Shown: positions 9,595 to 20,190, numbered from the stretch's first letter. The stretch: DNA of 64,000 nucleotides from an uncultured Lachnotalea sp. (GCA_948470255.1 CAOKOS010000005.1:2444-66443); one strand, 5' to 3'. The notes: generated from the letters alone by a model not told the origin. Made by a program: numbers and translations.

Positions 9595-10032
9595 ATGGAA
9601 GAAATGGAAATCCGGGAGACTTTCGCTTCAGAGGAAACTTTTGCTTTTGGGAAATGGCTGGGGGCTCATGCAAATCCGGGAGAAATCTACTGCTTGGACG
9701 GGGAGCTGGGAGTGGGGAAAACCGTTCTCACCCAGGGCTTTGGAATGGGACTCAGTATTGAGGAGCCGGTAAATAGCCCTACCTTTACCATCATCCAGGT
9801 ATATGAGGGGGGATGCCTGCCTTTGTACCATTTTGACGTGTACCGGATTGGAAGCCTGGAGGAGATGGATGAAATCGGATACGAAGATTATTTTTTCGGG
9901 GAAGGCGTCTGCCTCATTGAATGGGCATCTCTCATAAAAGAGCTGATTCCAGAAAAGGCGGTGTGGATTCAGATAGAAAAGGATATGGGACAAGGCTTTG
10001 ATTACCGGAGGATTACGGTGAGAAGGCCATAA
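9595..10032 (+). CDS. tsaE: tRNA t6A biosynthesis ATPase TsaE
   Basis: GELGVGKT, SPTFTI, HFDVYRI, IEW. Confidence 0.97.
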   Translation: MEEMEIRETFASEETFAFGKWLGAHANPGEIYCLDGELGVGKTVLTQGFGMGLSIEEPVNSPTFTIIQVYEGGCLPLYHFDVYRIGSLEEMDEIGYEDYFFGEGVCLIEWASLIKELIPEKAVWIQIEKDMGQGFDYRRITVRRP

Positions 10033-10044
10033 AGGAGTGGAATT

Positions 10045-10755
10045 ATGAAAGTATTAGGAATAGAAAGCGCTTCCCTGACAGCCTCAGCCGCCATATGGGA
10101 AGATGATATGGTGATAGCCGAGTATACGGTAAACCATAAAAAAACCCATTCCCAGACTTTGCTTCCCATGATTGATGAGATCGTACGGATGACAGAAACA
10201 GACCTTCAGACGCTTGATGCCATCGCAGTGTCGGGGGGGCCGGGTTCTTTTACGGGGCTTCGCATCGGGGCGGCCACAGCAAAGGGGCTGGGCCTGGCAT
10301 TGGAAAAACCACTGATTCATGTACCGACGCTGGATGCCATGGCTTATGAACATTTTGGCACGGACCGTCTCATCTGCCCCATGTTGGATGCCAGGAGAAC
10401 CCAGGTTTATTGCGGCATTTATGAATTCCATGAGGAATTCCGGGTTATTAAGGGACAGGCGGCCCTGGGAATATCGGAGATTTTAAAGGAGCTGAATGGT
10501 TATGGCCGCCCGGTGGTTTTCATGGGGGACGGAGTCCCTGTGAGCAGGGAACGGATTGAAGAAGAGTGTACGGTCCCCTATGTGTTTGCCCCATCGTTTG
10601 CTTCCAGGCAGAGGGCGGGGGCTGTGGCAGCTTTGGGCGCTGTATATTTCCTTCAGGGAAAGACAGAGACAGCGGCGGAGCATAAGCCGGAGTACCTGCG
10701 TATATCCCAGGCAGAGCGGGAAATGCAGAAGAAAAAGCAGGCGGAAACCTTATGA
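10045..10755 (+). CDS. tsaB: tRNA t6A biosynthesis protein TsaB
   Basis: HSQTLLPMI, GPGSFTGLRIG, DARR, P.YLR. Confidence 0.97.
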   Translation: MKVLGIESASLTASAAIWEDDMVIAEYTVNHKKTHSQTLLPMIDEIVRMTETDLQTLDAIAVSGGPGSFTGLRIGAATAKGLGLALEKPLIHVPTLDAMAYEHFGTDRLICPMLDARRTQVYCGIYEFHEEFRVIKGQAALGISEILKELNGYGRPVVFMGDGVPVSRERIEEECTVPYVFAPSFASRQRAGAVAALGAVYFLQGKTETAAEHKPEYLRISQAEREMQKKKQAETL

Positions 10756-11249
10756 CAGGAGAAAAAAGAACAGGCGGAAAACTGGCGTTTCGCCCATTAT
10801 GTGATACAGACACAGGTACTGTGGCAGCTTTGGAGCGGAAAATTTTCGGGACGCCCTGGTCGGAAAAAACAGTGGCGGATTCCATTGCCTGTGCGGCAGG
10901 AACAGGTTTTGGGGGTTTTTCTGAGAAGGCGGCATATGTAGCTTTGGGGGCTTTTGTGGATGGAACCCTTTCGGGATATCTTTTTGGGACGGTGATGGCA
11001 GGGGAAGGAGAGCTTCACCGGATTGCTGTGGCGCCGGATTTCAGGCAGCAGAAGATCGGAAGCGCTCTCATGGAGGAATTTCTCCACTGGGTTTCCTGCC
11101 ATGGGGCAGGGGGTACATGGCTGGAAGTGCGGGCAGGTAACCATGCAGCCATCACCCTTTACCGGAAATATGGCTTTTTGGAAGCTGGGCGGCGGAGACA
11201 TTATTATCAGAATCCCACAGAGGATGCGCTTATGTTTGTGTACCACTAA
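10752..11249 (+). CDS. rimI: RimI-like N-acetyltransferase
   Basis: IAVAPDFRQQKIG, LEVRAGN..AI.LY..YGF...RR.YYQNPTEDA; follows tsaB. Confidence 0.9.
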   Translation: MTGEKRTGGKLAFRPLCDTDTGTVAALERKIFGTPWSEKTVADSIACAAGTGFGGFSEKAAYVALGAFVDGTLSGYLFGTVMAGEGELHRIAVAPDFRQQKIGSALMEEFLHWVSCHGAGGTWLEVRAGNHAAITLYRKYGFLEAGRRRHYYQNPTEDALMFVYH

Positions 11250-11356
11250 TTTCCGGTTTTTTATTTGGGCAGACAGGCTTATAATGTGGCTGTAGGATAA
11301 AAAACGCCGCGAAAAATTGCGGTTTGCAAAGGGATTACAGGAAAGGCTGTGATTGT

Positions 11357-11587
11357 ATGACCCATGAAAAACAGGAATTTACGGTTTGCAACTGCTGTGG
11401 AGAGCTGGTAAAGACAGAAGGTATGCCGCCTTACGGGGAGGGCCTGTCAGTGACAAAGTCCTGGGGATATTTTTCCGGGAAAGACGGGGAACGGCATCAT
11501 TTTTTCCTGTGTGAGGAATGTTATGATAAAATGGTGAGAGGATTTGCTGTCCCGGTGGAGGTTGAAGAAGAAACAGAATTGTTATGA
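11357..11587 (+). CDS. Small putative Zn-binding hypothetical protein
   Basis: RBS GGAAAGG before ATG 11357; CNCCG...WGYFS.KDGE.H.F.LCEECYD. Confidence 0.7.
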   Translation: MTHEKQEFTVCNCCGELVKTEGMPPYGEGLSVTKSWGYFSGKDGERHHFFLCEECYDKMVRGFAVPVEVEEETELL

Positions 11588-11676
11588 TATCAGGGTTAAA
11601 ACGTTATGTACAGCAATTTACAGGTATCATAAAAATAGATCTTTTGTGTTTGGTTTTATTGTAGAAAGGATTATTC

Positions 11677-12585
11677 ATGCTTGATGTATGTTTGTTGGGA
11701 ACTGGCGGGATGATGCCGCTTCCTTACCGGTGGCTGACTTCTTTAATGCTCCGGTGCGGGGGGAGCCACCTGCTCATTGACTGCGGAGAAGGGACACAGA
11801 TTGCCCTGAAGAAAAAGGGCTGGAGTGCAAAGCCCATTGATATCATTTGTTTCACCCATTACCATGCGGATCATATCAGCGGCCTTCCGGGGCTTCTCCT
11901 CACCATGGGGAATGGGGAACGGACGGAGCCGCTTCTTATGGCAGGGCCAAAGGGGCTGGAACGGGTGGTGGCAGCTCTTCGGACCATAGCCCCGGAGCTG
12001 CCCTTTCCCATTTGTTTCCTGGAACTTTCGGAAAGGGAACAGGAATTTACAGCCGGCCCCTATACAGTTCGGGCTTTTAAAGTGAACCACAATATTCCCT
12101 GCTATGGCTATTCCGTTTCTCTGCCGCGGGCAGGGAAATTCCAGGTGGAAAAGGCGAAAGCCCTGAAGCTTCCAGTGCAGATGTGGGGACGCTTACAGCG
12201 GGGGGAGACAGTGGAGTCAGAGGGGAAAATCTATACGCCTGATATGGTTATGGGAGAGGCAAGGAAGGGGATTAAGGTGACGTACTGTACGGATACAAGG
12301 CCGGTTCCATCCATTGCACAGGAGGCTTTTGGCGCTGATTTGTTTATCTGCGAGGGGATGTACGGAGAGAAGGAAAAGGAAGCCAAGGCCAGGGAAAATA
12401 AACATATGACCATGTATGATGCCGCCAGGCTGGCAAGAGATGCGGAAGTTTCCGAGCTGTGGCTCACCCATTACAGCCCGTCCTTATCGTGGCCGGAGGA
12501 TTATATGGATGAGGTAAGGAAGATTTTTCCCAGGGCAGTCGCCGCAAAAGATGGTGAGACAGCGGAGCTTCGGTTTGAAGATTAA
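11677..12585 (+). CDS. rnz: Ribonuclease Z
   Basis: LGTGG..P, DCGEGTQ, THYHADH, TDTRP, LTHYSP. Confidence 0.95.
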   Translation: MLDVCLLGTGGMMPLPYRWLTSLMLRCGGSHLLIDCGEGTQIALKKKGWSAKPIDIICFTHYHADHISGLPGLLLTMGNGERTEPLLMAGPKGLERVVAALRTIAPELPFPICFLELSEREQEFTAGPYTVRAFKVNHNIPCYGYSVSLPRAGKFQVEKAKALKLPVQMWGRLQRGETVESEGKIYTPDMVMGEARKGIKVTYCTDTRPVPSIAQEAFGADLFICEGMYGEKEKEAKARENKHMTMYDAARLARDAEVSELWLTHYSPSLSWPEDYMDEVRKIFPRAVAAKDGETAELRFED

Positions 12586-12611
12586 GGCTGCATCCGGGCA
12601 AAGCAGAAAGA

Positions 12612-13664
12612 ATGGATGAAAGTATGAATGAGAAGAAAGCAACAGAAGAGGCTGTTTATATTCTGGCCATTGAAAGTTCCTGTGATGAGACTGCGGCGGC
12701 AGTGGTGAGAGACGGCAGGGCGGTTTTATCCAATGTGATTTCCTCCCAGATTGCGCTTCATACCCAGTATGGCGGCGTGGTGCCGGAGCTTGCCTCCAGA
12801 AAACATATCGAGAAAATCAACCAGGTGGTCACCGAAGCCCTTGCGGAAGCAGGGATGGGTTTGGGGCAGATGACGGCTGTGGCTGTGACATACGGGCCAG
12901 GCCTGGTGGGAGCTCTTTTGGTGGGGGTATCTGCAGCAAAGGCCCTGGCCTATGGGGCTGGGCTGCCTTTGGTGGGAGTTCATCATATTGAAGGGCATGT
13001 CAGCGCCAATTTCATTGAAAATCCGGAGCTTGTGCCGCCTTTTCTCTGCCTGATCGTATCCGGCGGGCACACCCATCTGGTTATTATGAAAGACTATGGG
13101 GAGTTTGAAATCATCGGGCGTACCAGGGACGATGCGGCAGGAGAAGCTTTTGATAAAGTGGCGCGGGCCATTGGCCTGGGGTATCCCGGCGGCCCGAAGA
13201 TTGACCGGGCGGCAAAAGAAGGAAATCCCCACGCCATGGAGTTTCCAAGGGCAAAGATCGAAGGAAGCCCTTATGATTTCAGTTTCAGCGGCCTCAAATC
13301 GGCAGTCTTAAATTATTTGAACCACGAGAAAATGATGGGAAATGAAGTGGAAAAGAGCGATCTGGCGGCGTCTTTTCAAAATTCCGTGGTGGAAGTCCTG
13401 GTTAGCCGTACAATTCTGGCGGCAAAAGAATATGGGATGAAGGATGTGGCGATTGCCGGGGGAGTGGCTTCCAATTCAGCCCTCAGGGCGGCCATGGAGG
13501 CAGCCTGCCGGCGGGAAGGGCTCCGGTTCTATTATCCGTCGCCGCTCCTTTGTACCGACAACGCGGCGATGATTGGAGCTGCCGCTTATTACGAATATAA
13601 AAAAGGCGTCAGGAGCGGCTGGGATCTGAATGCGGTGCCAAACCTGAAGCTGGGGGAGCGGTAA
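12612..13664 (+). CDS. tsaD: tRNA t6A transferase TsaD
   Basis: [48 protein letters not shown]. Confidence 0.98.
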   Translation: MDESMNEKKATEEAVYILAIESSCDETAAAVVRDGRAVLSNVISSQIALHTQYGGVVPELASRKHIEKINQVVTEALAEAGMGLGQMTAVAVTYGPGLVGALLVGVSAAKALAYGAGLPLVGVHHIEGHVSANFIENPELVPPFLCLIVSGGHTHLVIMKDYGEFEIIGRTRDDAAGEAFDKVARAIGLGYPGGPKIDRAAKEGNPHAMEFPRAKIEGSPYDFSFSGLKSAVLNYLNHEKMMGNEVEKSDLAASFQNSVVEVLVSRTILAAKEYGMKDVAIAGGVASNSALRAAMEAACRREGLRFYYPSPLLCTDNAAMIGAAAYYEYKKGVRSGWDLNAVPNLKLGER

Positions 13665-13686
13665 GGTAGTTTTAGGGAGAATATTT

Positions 13687-14415
13687 ATGTGGAAAAGCGC
13701 AGATCAGACAGTAAAAGCCATTGTCCTGGCAGCAGGCCACGGGACGCGTATGGGGACGGAAGTTCCCAAGCAGTATCTTCTGTTGGGGGGATATGAAGTG
13801 CTGTATTATTCCCTGAAAGCATTTGAAGAAAGTCCGGTGGATGAAGTTATCCTTGTGGCAGGGGCAGATGAGATTTCCTGGTGCAGGGAGCATATTGTGG
13901 AAAAATATGGGTTTTCTAAGGTCAAGAAGATCATAGCAGGAGGGAGAGAACGCTGCGACTCTGTCTATGGGGGCCTTTTGGCGGCGGCCCCCTGTGGGTA
14001 TGTGCTGATCCATGACGGAGCCAGGCCGCTTGTCAGCCAAGAGATCATCCAGGATGTACTACAGGGAACCATAGAGTTTGGAAGTTGTACTACAGGGATG
14101 CCGGTAAAGGATACGATTAAAGTCGCCGGCAGCGATGATATGACTGCCGATACACCGGATAGGAAAAGTCTGTGGGCCATCCATACGCCCCAGGGTTTTG
14201 CCTATCCACTGATTTTAGAAGCCCATGAAAAATTTCGGGAGGGGGATTTTCAGATTCCGGTGACGGATGACACTATGCTGGTGGAAATTTTTCTTCGGCA
14301 GAAGACAAAATTGGTCAAAGGCAGCTATAAGAATATTAAAGTGACGACCCCGGAGGATATGGAACTGGCTTTGGTATTTTTAAAAAAGCAGGGAAGCCCT
14401 GCAGAAAGAGGATAA
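13687..14415 (+). CDS. ispD: 2-C-methyl-D-erythritol 4-phosphate cytidylyltransferase
   Basis: LAAGHGTRM..PKQY, GG.ER.DSV, IHDGARP, TDD, NIKVTTPED. Confidence 0.93.
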   Translation: MWKSADQTVKAIVLAAGHGTRMGTEVPKQYLLLGGYEVLYYSLKAFEESPVDEVILVAGADEISWCREHIVEKYGFSKVKKIIAGGRERCDSVYGGLLAAAPCGYVLIHDGARPLVSQEIIQDVLQGTIEFGSCTTGMPVKDTIKVAGSDDMTADTPDRKSLWAIHTPQGFAYPLILEAHEKFREGDFQIPVTDDTMLVEIFLRQKTKLVKGSYKNIKVTTPEDMELALVFLKKQGSPAERG

Positions 14416-14416
14416 A

Positions 14417-14926
14417 ATGATTCGGTTACGGCCTTGGAAAAAAGAAGACTTTCAGGAACTGATGGAGTGGTTTTCCGATGAGGAGGCTTTTTACAAATGG
14501 AGTGCAGGAAAATTTGACTGGCCTCTGACAGAAAGACAGCTTTTGGATTATTATGGGCAGTTTGAGAAAGATCAAAGGGGCTGGATACTGGCGGCCCTTG
14601 ACGATGAGGGAAGGCTGGCCGGACACTTGCTGATGAGGAAGGCCGATTATGGGAAAAAAAGCATCCATTTTGGCTTTATTGTGGTTTCTCCCAGGCTGCG
14701 GGGGATGGGCGCCGGGCGGGCTATGGTGTCCCAGGCCCTCAAATATGCGGGAGAAATCCTTGGCATGGAAAGGGTGACTCTGGGGGTCTTTGAAAATAAT
14801 CCCGCTGCCAGACGTTGTTATGAGGCGGCAGGATTTCAGGCTGAGGGTGTTACTTCAGATGTGTTCCGGTATGGGGGAAAATCCTGGGCAGTGGTGAATA
14901 TGGCGGTAAATTTGCAGCAGATTTAG
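14417..14926 (+). CDS. GNAT family N-acetyltransferase
   Basis: RGMGAG acetyl-CoA motif; LGVFENN..A..CYE..GF. Confidence 0.9.
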   Translation: MIRLRPWKKEDFQELMEWFSDEEAFYKWSAGKFDWPLTERQLLDYYGQFEKDQRGWILAALDDEGRLAGHLLMRKADYGKKSIHFGFIVVSPRLRGMGAGRAMVSQALKYAGEILGMERVTLGVFENNPAARRCYEAAGFQAEGVTSDVFRYGGKSWAVVNMAVNLQQI

Positions 14927-14971
14927 GAAAATGTGAAAAAATTAAAGGGAAAGCGAAAGGAGAAAAGTAAG

Positions 14972-15805
14972 ATGCCCAAGAAAAAAATTGCAGTAGCAGA
15001 TTTTAAGAGGTATAAAGAAGAAGGAAAAAAGTACACCTTTGTAACAGCATATGATTATACGACAGCCTCCATTGTCAATGACAGTGAGACGGAGATCATT
15101 CTGGTGGGGGATTCTGCCGCCATGGTCATGCTGGGAAGAAATTCAACGGTAGGAATGACCATGGAAGAGATGATCGGTTTTGTAAAGCCAGTGGTACTGG
15201 GGGCGCCGGATACGTTTGTCATCGGGGACATGCCTTTTGGTTCTTACAATGTCAGCCCTGAGCAGGCCATTGAAAACTGCAACAAGATGCTCATGAAAAC
15301 AAACTGTGATGCAGTCAAACTGGAAGGCGGCGTCCATTTTGCTCCGACCATCCGCAGGCTGACCGATGCGGGAATCCCGGTGGTGGGGCATATTGGCCTG
15401 ACGCCCCAGACAGCCACCTCCCTGGGAGGCTTCAGGGTTCAGGGCGGTACGCCGGAAAGTGCGGCGCAGCTCATTGAAGATGCCAGGAAGTTGGAAGAAG
15501 CGGGGGCCATTGCCATCGTGATTGAGTGTGTTCCCAGCGTAGTGGGAAAGGCTGTAACGGAAGCGGTAAAAATTCCCATCTGGGGCATCGGAGCCGGCCC
15601 GGACGTGGACTGCCAGGTGCTGGTGACACAGGATGCCCTTGGGATGTATAAAGGGATGAAACCGAAGTTTGTGAAACATTTTGCCCATATCCGGGAGGCT
15701 ATGGTGGAAGGGTTAAATGCCTTCCATGAGGAAACTCTGGAGGGGACATTCCCCTCACCGGAATACGCTTACAATAAAGCGGTTGACATTCCTAAATTAT
15801 ACTGA
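14972..15805 (+). CDS. panB: 3-methyl-2-oxobutanoate hydroxymethyltransferase
   Basis: TAYD, LVGDS, DMPFGSY, VKLEGG, GHIGLTPQ, GIGAG; RBS AAGGAG before ATG 14972. Confidence 0.92.
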   Translation: MPKKKIAVADFKRYKEEGKKYTFVTAYDYTTASIVNDSETEIILVGDSAAMVMLGRNSTVGMTMEEMIGFVKPVVLGAPDTFVIGDMPFGSYNVSPEQAIENCNKMLMKTNCDAVKLEGGVHFAPTIRRLTDAGIPVVGHIGLTPQTATSLGGFRVQGGTPESAAQLIEDARKLEEAGAIAIVIECVPSVVGKAVTEAVKIPIWGIGAGPDVDCQVLVTQDALGMYKGMKPKFVKHFAHIREAMVEGLNAFHEETLEGTFPSPEYAYNKAVDIPKLY

Positions 15806-15830
15806 TCAAATACGGAAGGAGATGAAACAG

Positions 15831-16916
15831 ATGGAGATTAAGATCACACGGACCACGGCCCCACTTGAGAAGCCGATGGAAGCGGAAAAGGCAGGAACAC
15901 TTGGGTTCGGACAATATTTTTCGGATCATATGTTTCTTATGGAATATGATGAGGGAACCGGCTGGCATGATGCGAGAGTGGAGCCATACCATAACTTGTC
16001 CATTGATCCGGCAGCTTCCGTACTGCATTATGGGCAGGAGATTTTTGAAGGGATGAAGGCATATCGGACAAAAGAAGATGAGATTCTGTTTTTCCGCCCC
16101 CTTATGAACGCTGCCAGATGGAACCAGTCGGCAAAGCGGATGTGTATGCCCACCATGGAACCGGAAATGTACATGGAAGCTTTGCAGGCAGTGGTTGACG
16201 TTGACCGGGACTGGACTCCCCATGCTTACGGAACATCCTTGGTCCTGCGCCCCACTATGATTGCCCTTGAAAAAAGCCTGGGCGTACATCCGGCAAAGAA
16301 ATATCTGTTTTTTATTATCTGTTCTCCTTCAGGGGCTTATTATAAAAATGGAATGGCTCCTGTCAGTATCTACGTGGAGGAAGAATATATCCGGGCAGCG
16401 GCAGGCGGCACCGGCTATGCAAAATGCGGCGGGAACTATGCCGGCAGCATGTTGGCGGGAGAGAAAGCGGAAGAGCTGGGATACGACCAGGTTCTTTGGC
16501 TGGATGGTGTGGAAAGGAAATACATAGAAGAGGTTGGCTCCATGAATATGATGTTCGTCATCGACGATACCATTATCACGGCGCCTCTGGCCGGAACGAT
16601 TCTGCCCGGTGTCACCAGAAATTCCATCCTTACCCTCGCGTCGGATGCGGGATGGAAAGTGGAGGAGCGGAAACTGTCTATTGATGAGGTTTATGAGGCC
16701 GCACGTGAGGGCCGTCTCAATGAGGCTTTTGGAACTGGTACGGCTGCTGTGGTTTCCCCGGTGGGAAAACTATGCTGGAGAGGGGAAGAGCTGGTGATCA
16801 ATGGCGGTAAGATCGGGCCGAAGGCACAGTATTTATTTGACAGGCTGCTAGGTATCCAGCTTGGAAACCTTGAGGACGTTTACGGTTGGACGAAGGTATG
16901 CGAGAGAAAGTATTAA
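15831..16916 (+). CDS. ilvE: Branched-chain amino acid aminotransferase-like (fold type IV PLP enzyme)
   Basis: LHYGQEIFEGMKAY, AKCGGNYA, EEVGSMN, ILPGVTR, GTAA; RBS AAGGAG before ATG 15831. Confidence 0.88.
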   Translation: MEIKITRTTAPLEKPMEAEKAGTLGFGQYFSDHMFLMEYDEGTGWHDARVEPYHNLSIDPAASVLHYGQEIFEGMKAYRTKEDEILFFRPLMNAARWNQSAKRMCMPTMEPEMYMEALQAVVDVDRDWTPHAYGTSLVLRPTMIALEKSLGVHPAKKYLFFIICSPSGAYYKNGMAPVSIYVEEEYIRAAAGGTGYAKCGGNYAGSMLAGEKAEELGYDQVLWLDGVERKYIEEVGSMNMMFVIDDTIITAPLAGTILPGVTRNSILTLASDAGWKVEERKLSIDEVYEAAREGRLNEAFGTGTAAVVSPVGKLCWRGEELVINGGKIGPKAQYLFDRLLGIQLGNLEDVYGWTKVCERKY

Positions 16917-16924
16917 TAAGATTT

Positions 16925-16967
16925 AAAAACGGAAGGATACTGGCTTAGTCAGTATCCTTCCGTTTTT
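16925..16967. terminator. Bidirectional terminator between convergent genes
   Basis: AAAAACGGAAGGATACTG / CAGTATCCTTCCGTTTTT stem. Confidence 0.9.
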
Positions 16968-16985
16968 GAATTTATATAGGGATTT

Positions 16986-18371
16986 TTAGAACCATCCCAG
17001 GTTAAAGAAGTTGCTGACCTGTCCGGCAAATACAAGCAGGATAAAAGGTGGGGCAATATATTTCAGGCATATCATATAAAAGTTCTTTGTTCTCCAGGCG
17101 TTTCCCTCCTGCGTCAGTTCCGCTTCCATCCACTTGGGACCAAGCTTCCAACCTAGAATGAGGGTCATGGCAAGCGCTCCTATGGGCATCAAAAGGCCTT
17201 CGGAGAACAGGTCGAAAAAGTCCATCCAGCAGAAGCCCAGGGGCTGAAGGAGGCCGCCTTGTCCTAGGGCATCGAAAGCGACGAGGACTCCCGTAGCCAG
17301 GTTAAATATGGATACTCCGATGACAAGCTTTGCCCGGCTGATACTTTTTCCTTTGGAGGCAGCCATATCAGTAATGAAAGCAACTGGGGGTTCAAACAGG
17401 GAAACCAGTGAGGTAAGTTCAGCAATGACGGCCAGCAAGTAGAAAATGCAGCCAAAGAAGGCTCCGATCATACCCATATCGTTGAATACGGTCTGAAGTG
17501 TTACGAAAAGCAAGGATGTACCGCCGGCAGGTTCATGGCCAAAGGCAAATACAGCGGGAAAAATGGCGACACCAGCCAACAGCGCCACAAGGGTATCAAA
17601 AACACAGATAAGAGCAGCGTTTTTTTCAATGTTTTCTGTTTTATCCAGATAAGCGCCGTAAGTGATCATAATGGCCATGCCCAGGGATAAGGAGAAAAAT
17701 GCCTGTCCTCCAGCCCTTGCAAAAATGGTAATCCATCCTGTCCCCTGGAATACAGACCAGTCCGGTTTGAACATAAAGGCCAGCCCAGCGGAGGAACCGG
17801 GGAGGGATAGAGATCTGCCGATGACAATGAGAAGCAAAAGAACCAAAAGGGGCATGGCATACTTACAGAATTTTTCAATACCGGAGGTTCCTTTAAAGAG
17901 AATCACCATGGTAATCGCTACAGACAGCAATGTCAGCAATGCGGCCTCCATACCGTTTGAGAGGAAAGCGTTCCAGTAAGCAAGTGCATCTCCTCCGTTG
18001 ATACCCCAGCCCGCGTGGAGCAGAGTGCCGAGATTTGCCAGGAAGTATTTCATGCAGTAGGCTGTCAAAGTACAGCAGAAACCTGTGATAAAAAGGACGG
18101 CAAGCGCGGCCAGGACTCCAATCCATCCATTTCTTTTTCCAGTCAGCCTGTAATTTTCGACAACGCCTTTTCCGCCATGTCTTCCGATGGTCAGTTCCCC
18201 GGTCATCAGGACGAAGCCGATCACCACACAGAGGATATAGCACAGAAGGAAGGCGAAACCGCCGTTTGCGCCCATTTTGTAGGGAAACCCCCACAAGTTT
18301 CCGACTCCCACAGCGGAGCCGACGGCAGCCATGAGGAAGCCGAAGCTTGACTTAAATTTGTTGTTGTTCAT
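16986..18371 (-). CDS. Sodium-dependent transporter, NSS/SNF family
   Basis: GSAVGVGNLWGFPY, NGGFAFL, GQAFFSLSLG; RBS AAAGGAG before ATG 18371. Confidence 0.93.
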   Translation of the reverse strand: MNNNKFKSSFGFLMAAVGSAVGVGNLWGFPYKMGANGGFAFLLCYILCVVIGFVLMTGELTIGRHGGKGVVENYRLTGKRNGWIGVLAALAVLFITGFCCTLTAYCMKYFLANLGTLLHAGWGINGGDALAYWNAFLSNGMEAALLTLLSVAITMVILFKGTSGIEKFCKYAMPLLVLLLLIVIGRSLSLPGSSAGLAFMFKPDWSVFQGTGWITIFARAGGQAFFSLSLGMAIMITYGAYLDKTENIEKNAALICVFDTLVALLAGVAIFPAVFAFGHEPAGGTSLLFVTLQTVFNDMGMIGAFFGCIFYLLAVIAELTSLVSLFEPPVAFITDMAASKGKSISRAKLVIGVSIFNLATGVLVAFDALGQGGLLQPLGFCWMDFFDLFSEGLLMPIGALAMTLILGWKLGPKWMEAELTQEGNAWRTKNFYMICLKYIAPPFILLVFAGQVSNFFNLGWF

Positions 18372-18441
18372 GAGAAAAACTCCTTTCGCAAATGAAACGG
18401 CTTGGTGGGCGGGATACAATGTAAGACTTTACCTTAGTAAA

Positions 18442-18590
18442 ATAATAAACCAGCGAAGTAGGATTGTCAATATTTCATATATTGGAATTGCCATGGAAAA
18501 TGATTCAGGGAAGTCCAATTCCCCCAGACTCCCATGGGGCAGATTTTGAACATGGACAGTGTTGACGATGTTAATTTCGGCCGGTATTAT
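18442..18590. promoter_or_regulatory. Divergent sigma-A promoters for the NSS transporter (-) and the sugar kinase (+)
   Basis: Minus strand TTGACA(18470-18465)-17-TATTAT(18447-18442); plus strand TTGACG(18562)-17-TATTAT(18585). Confidence 0.65.
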
Positions 18591-18690
18591 GACATCATAG
18601 GAAGTACATCCTGTGAAAGAAGGATCAACTTTTCAGGTACAGTTTACATGGGGAGGTTAGGTTTTACGTAATTTGTGACAGGAGGAGCCG

Positions 18691-20190
18691 ATGGAAAAAC
18701 AATATCTGGCCGTTGATATGGGGAGCAGCAGTGGGAAGGTTCTGCTGGCAGAGCTTACAAAGGAGAAGAGGATTCAGATGCGGGAGGTGGGACGTTTTGC
18801 CACTCCGCGGGTATTCTTGAGAGGGCATATATGTATTAATGTCTATGAAGTATATGAAAAAATTTGCCAGGCCTTGGAGTGTCTGGGAAGGGAAGGGATT
18901 GTGCTGTCCAGCCTGGGAATTGATTCGTGGGTCGGTGATTTTGGAATCGTAAATCATCAGGGGGAGCTTTTAGGGCTTCCTGTTTTTTACCGGGATAAGC
19001 GTACAGAGGGAATGACAGAAGAGGTGGAAGCTCGCATAAGCTACAGGGAACTTTATGGGCTGACAGGCCAGAGGCGGATTCGGGATTCCACCCTTTGCCA
19101 GCTTCTGGCCGTGAAAAAAGGACACCCGGAACTTTTGGAAGGCGGGAACAAGATCATGCATCTCGGGGATTTGCTAATGTACTTTTTTTCCGGCCGGGTG
19201 TGTTCTGAAATTTCGGCGGCTTCTTATTCCCAGTTATTCAATATGAAAAAACAGAAATGGGAGAATAAAGTTTTTGAGTTGTTCGGACTGCCCAAAAGTA
19301 TACAGCCGCCTGTCCTATGGTCGGGCCAGTGCTTGGGAAGGATTTCGGAAGAACTGGCGGGGAGGTTGGGAACCAGCCGTTTTGAAATTGTTGCGCCGCC
19401 TGTCCATGACACGGCGGCAGCTGGTATGGCTGTCCCCGCGAAAGAGGGGGAACGGTGGGCGTTTATCTCCACAGGAAGCTGGTATTTGGTTGGCATGGAG
19501 CTTTCAGAGCCGGCGGATCCGGGATTATCTTTTCATTATCAGTTGTCCAATACAGGCCTTGCGTTTGGAAAAACTTTGGTAAAACGGAACGTCTGTGCCA
19601 TGTGGATGCTGCAGGAATGTCGGAGGATATGGGATAGACAGGGGATTTCCTGTGATTATGTTTCCATTGCGGCAAGGGCGGCAAAAGCAGAGCCTTTTTA
19701 TGGATTTGTGGATACGGATTCGGAAGCTTTTTACAGCCCGGAAAATATGGCGGAAGCGGTGGCTTCCTGGTTGAAAGAGACAAGGCAGCCTGCGGTGGCT
19801 CAGGATAATATTGGCCAGATAGCGAGAATTATTTATGAGAGTATTGCCTTTAAATGCCGATATGGGCTGGAATCATTAGAACGGGCGGCTGCAACAAATG
19901 TGGATGTTGTGTACGTGGTCGGAGGAACCAGCGGAGTTGATTTTTTGAATGAAATGCTTGCGTCTGCCCTAAATCTTCCTGTTATTACCGGGGTCAGGGA
20001 GGCGGCGGCTGTCGGAAATGTCCTGATGCAGGCAGCCGGCTGTGGGGAGCTTGCAGGAGAGAGGGAGGTTCGGGAAATCGCCGGGAGAATCTCTCCCATG
20101 AAAAGGTTTGAACCGAAAGAAACCGTCAAATGGGATCTACATTATAGGGGATTTTTACAGATATGCGGGCTGGAGATGGCAGAGCCATAA
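18691..20190 (+). CDS. FGGY sugar kinase, rhamnulokinase/fuculokinase-like
   Basis: LAVDMGSSSG, GIDSW..DF, YRD.RT, HDTA, ISTGSW.LVG.E. Confidence 0.88.
   Translation: MEKQYLAVDMGSSSGKVLLAELTKEKRIQMREVGRFATPRVFLRGHICINVYEVYEKICQALECLGREGIVLSSLGIDSWVGDFGIVNHQGELLGLPVFYRDKRTEGMTEEVEARISYRELYGLTGQRRIRDSTLCQLLAVKKGHPELLEGGNKIMHLGDLLMYFFSGRVCSEISAASYSQLFNMKKQKWENKVFELFGLPKSIQPPVLWSGQCLGRISEELAGRLGTSRFEIVAPPVHDTAAAGMAVPAKEGERWAFISTGSWYLVGMELSEPADPGLSFHYQLSNTGLAFGKTLVKRNVCAMWMLQECRRIWDRQGISCDYVSIAARAAKAEPFYGFVDTDSEAFYSPENMAEAVASWLKETRQPAVAQDNIGQIARIIYESIAFKCRYGLESLERAAATNVDVVYVVGGTSGVDFLNEMLASALNLPVITGVREAAAVGNVLMQAAGCGELAGEREVREIAGRISPMKRFEPKETVKWDLHYRGFLQICGLEMAEP

Noticed and set aside
18597-18690. 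Glycine-riboswitch-like element before the sugar kinase (GAAGG...ACTTTTCAGG)
   Set aside because: Only a short resemblance; the GGAGA and CCGAAG elements and the overall architecture are missing
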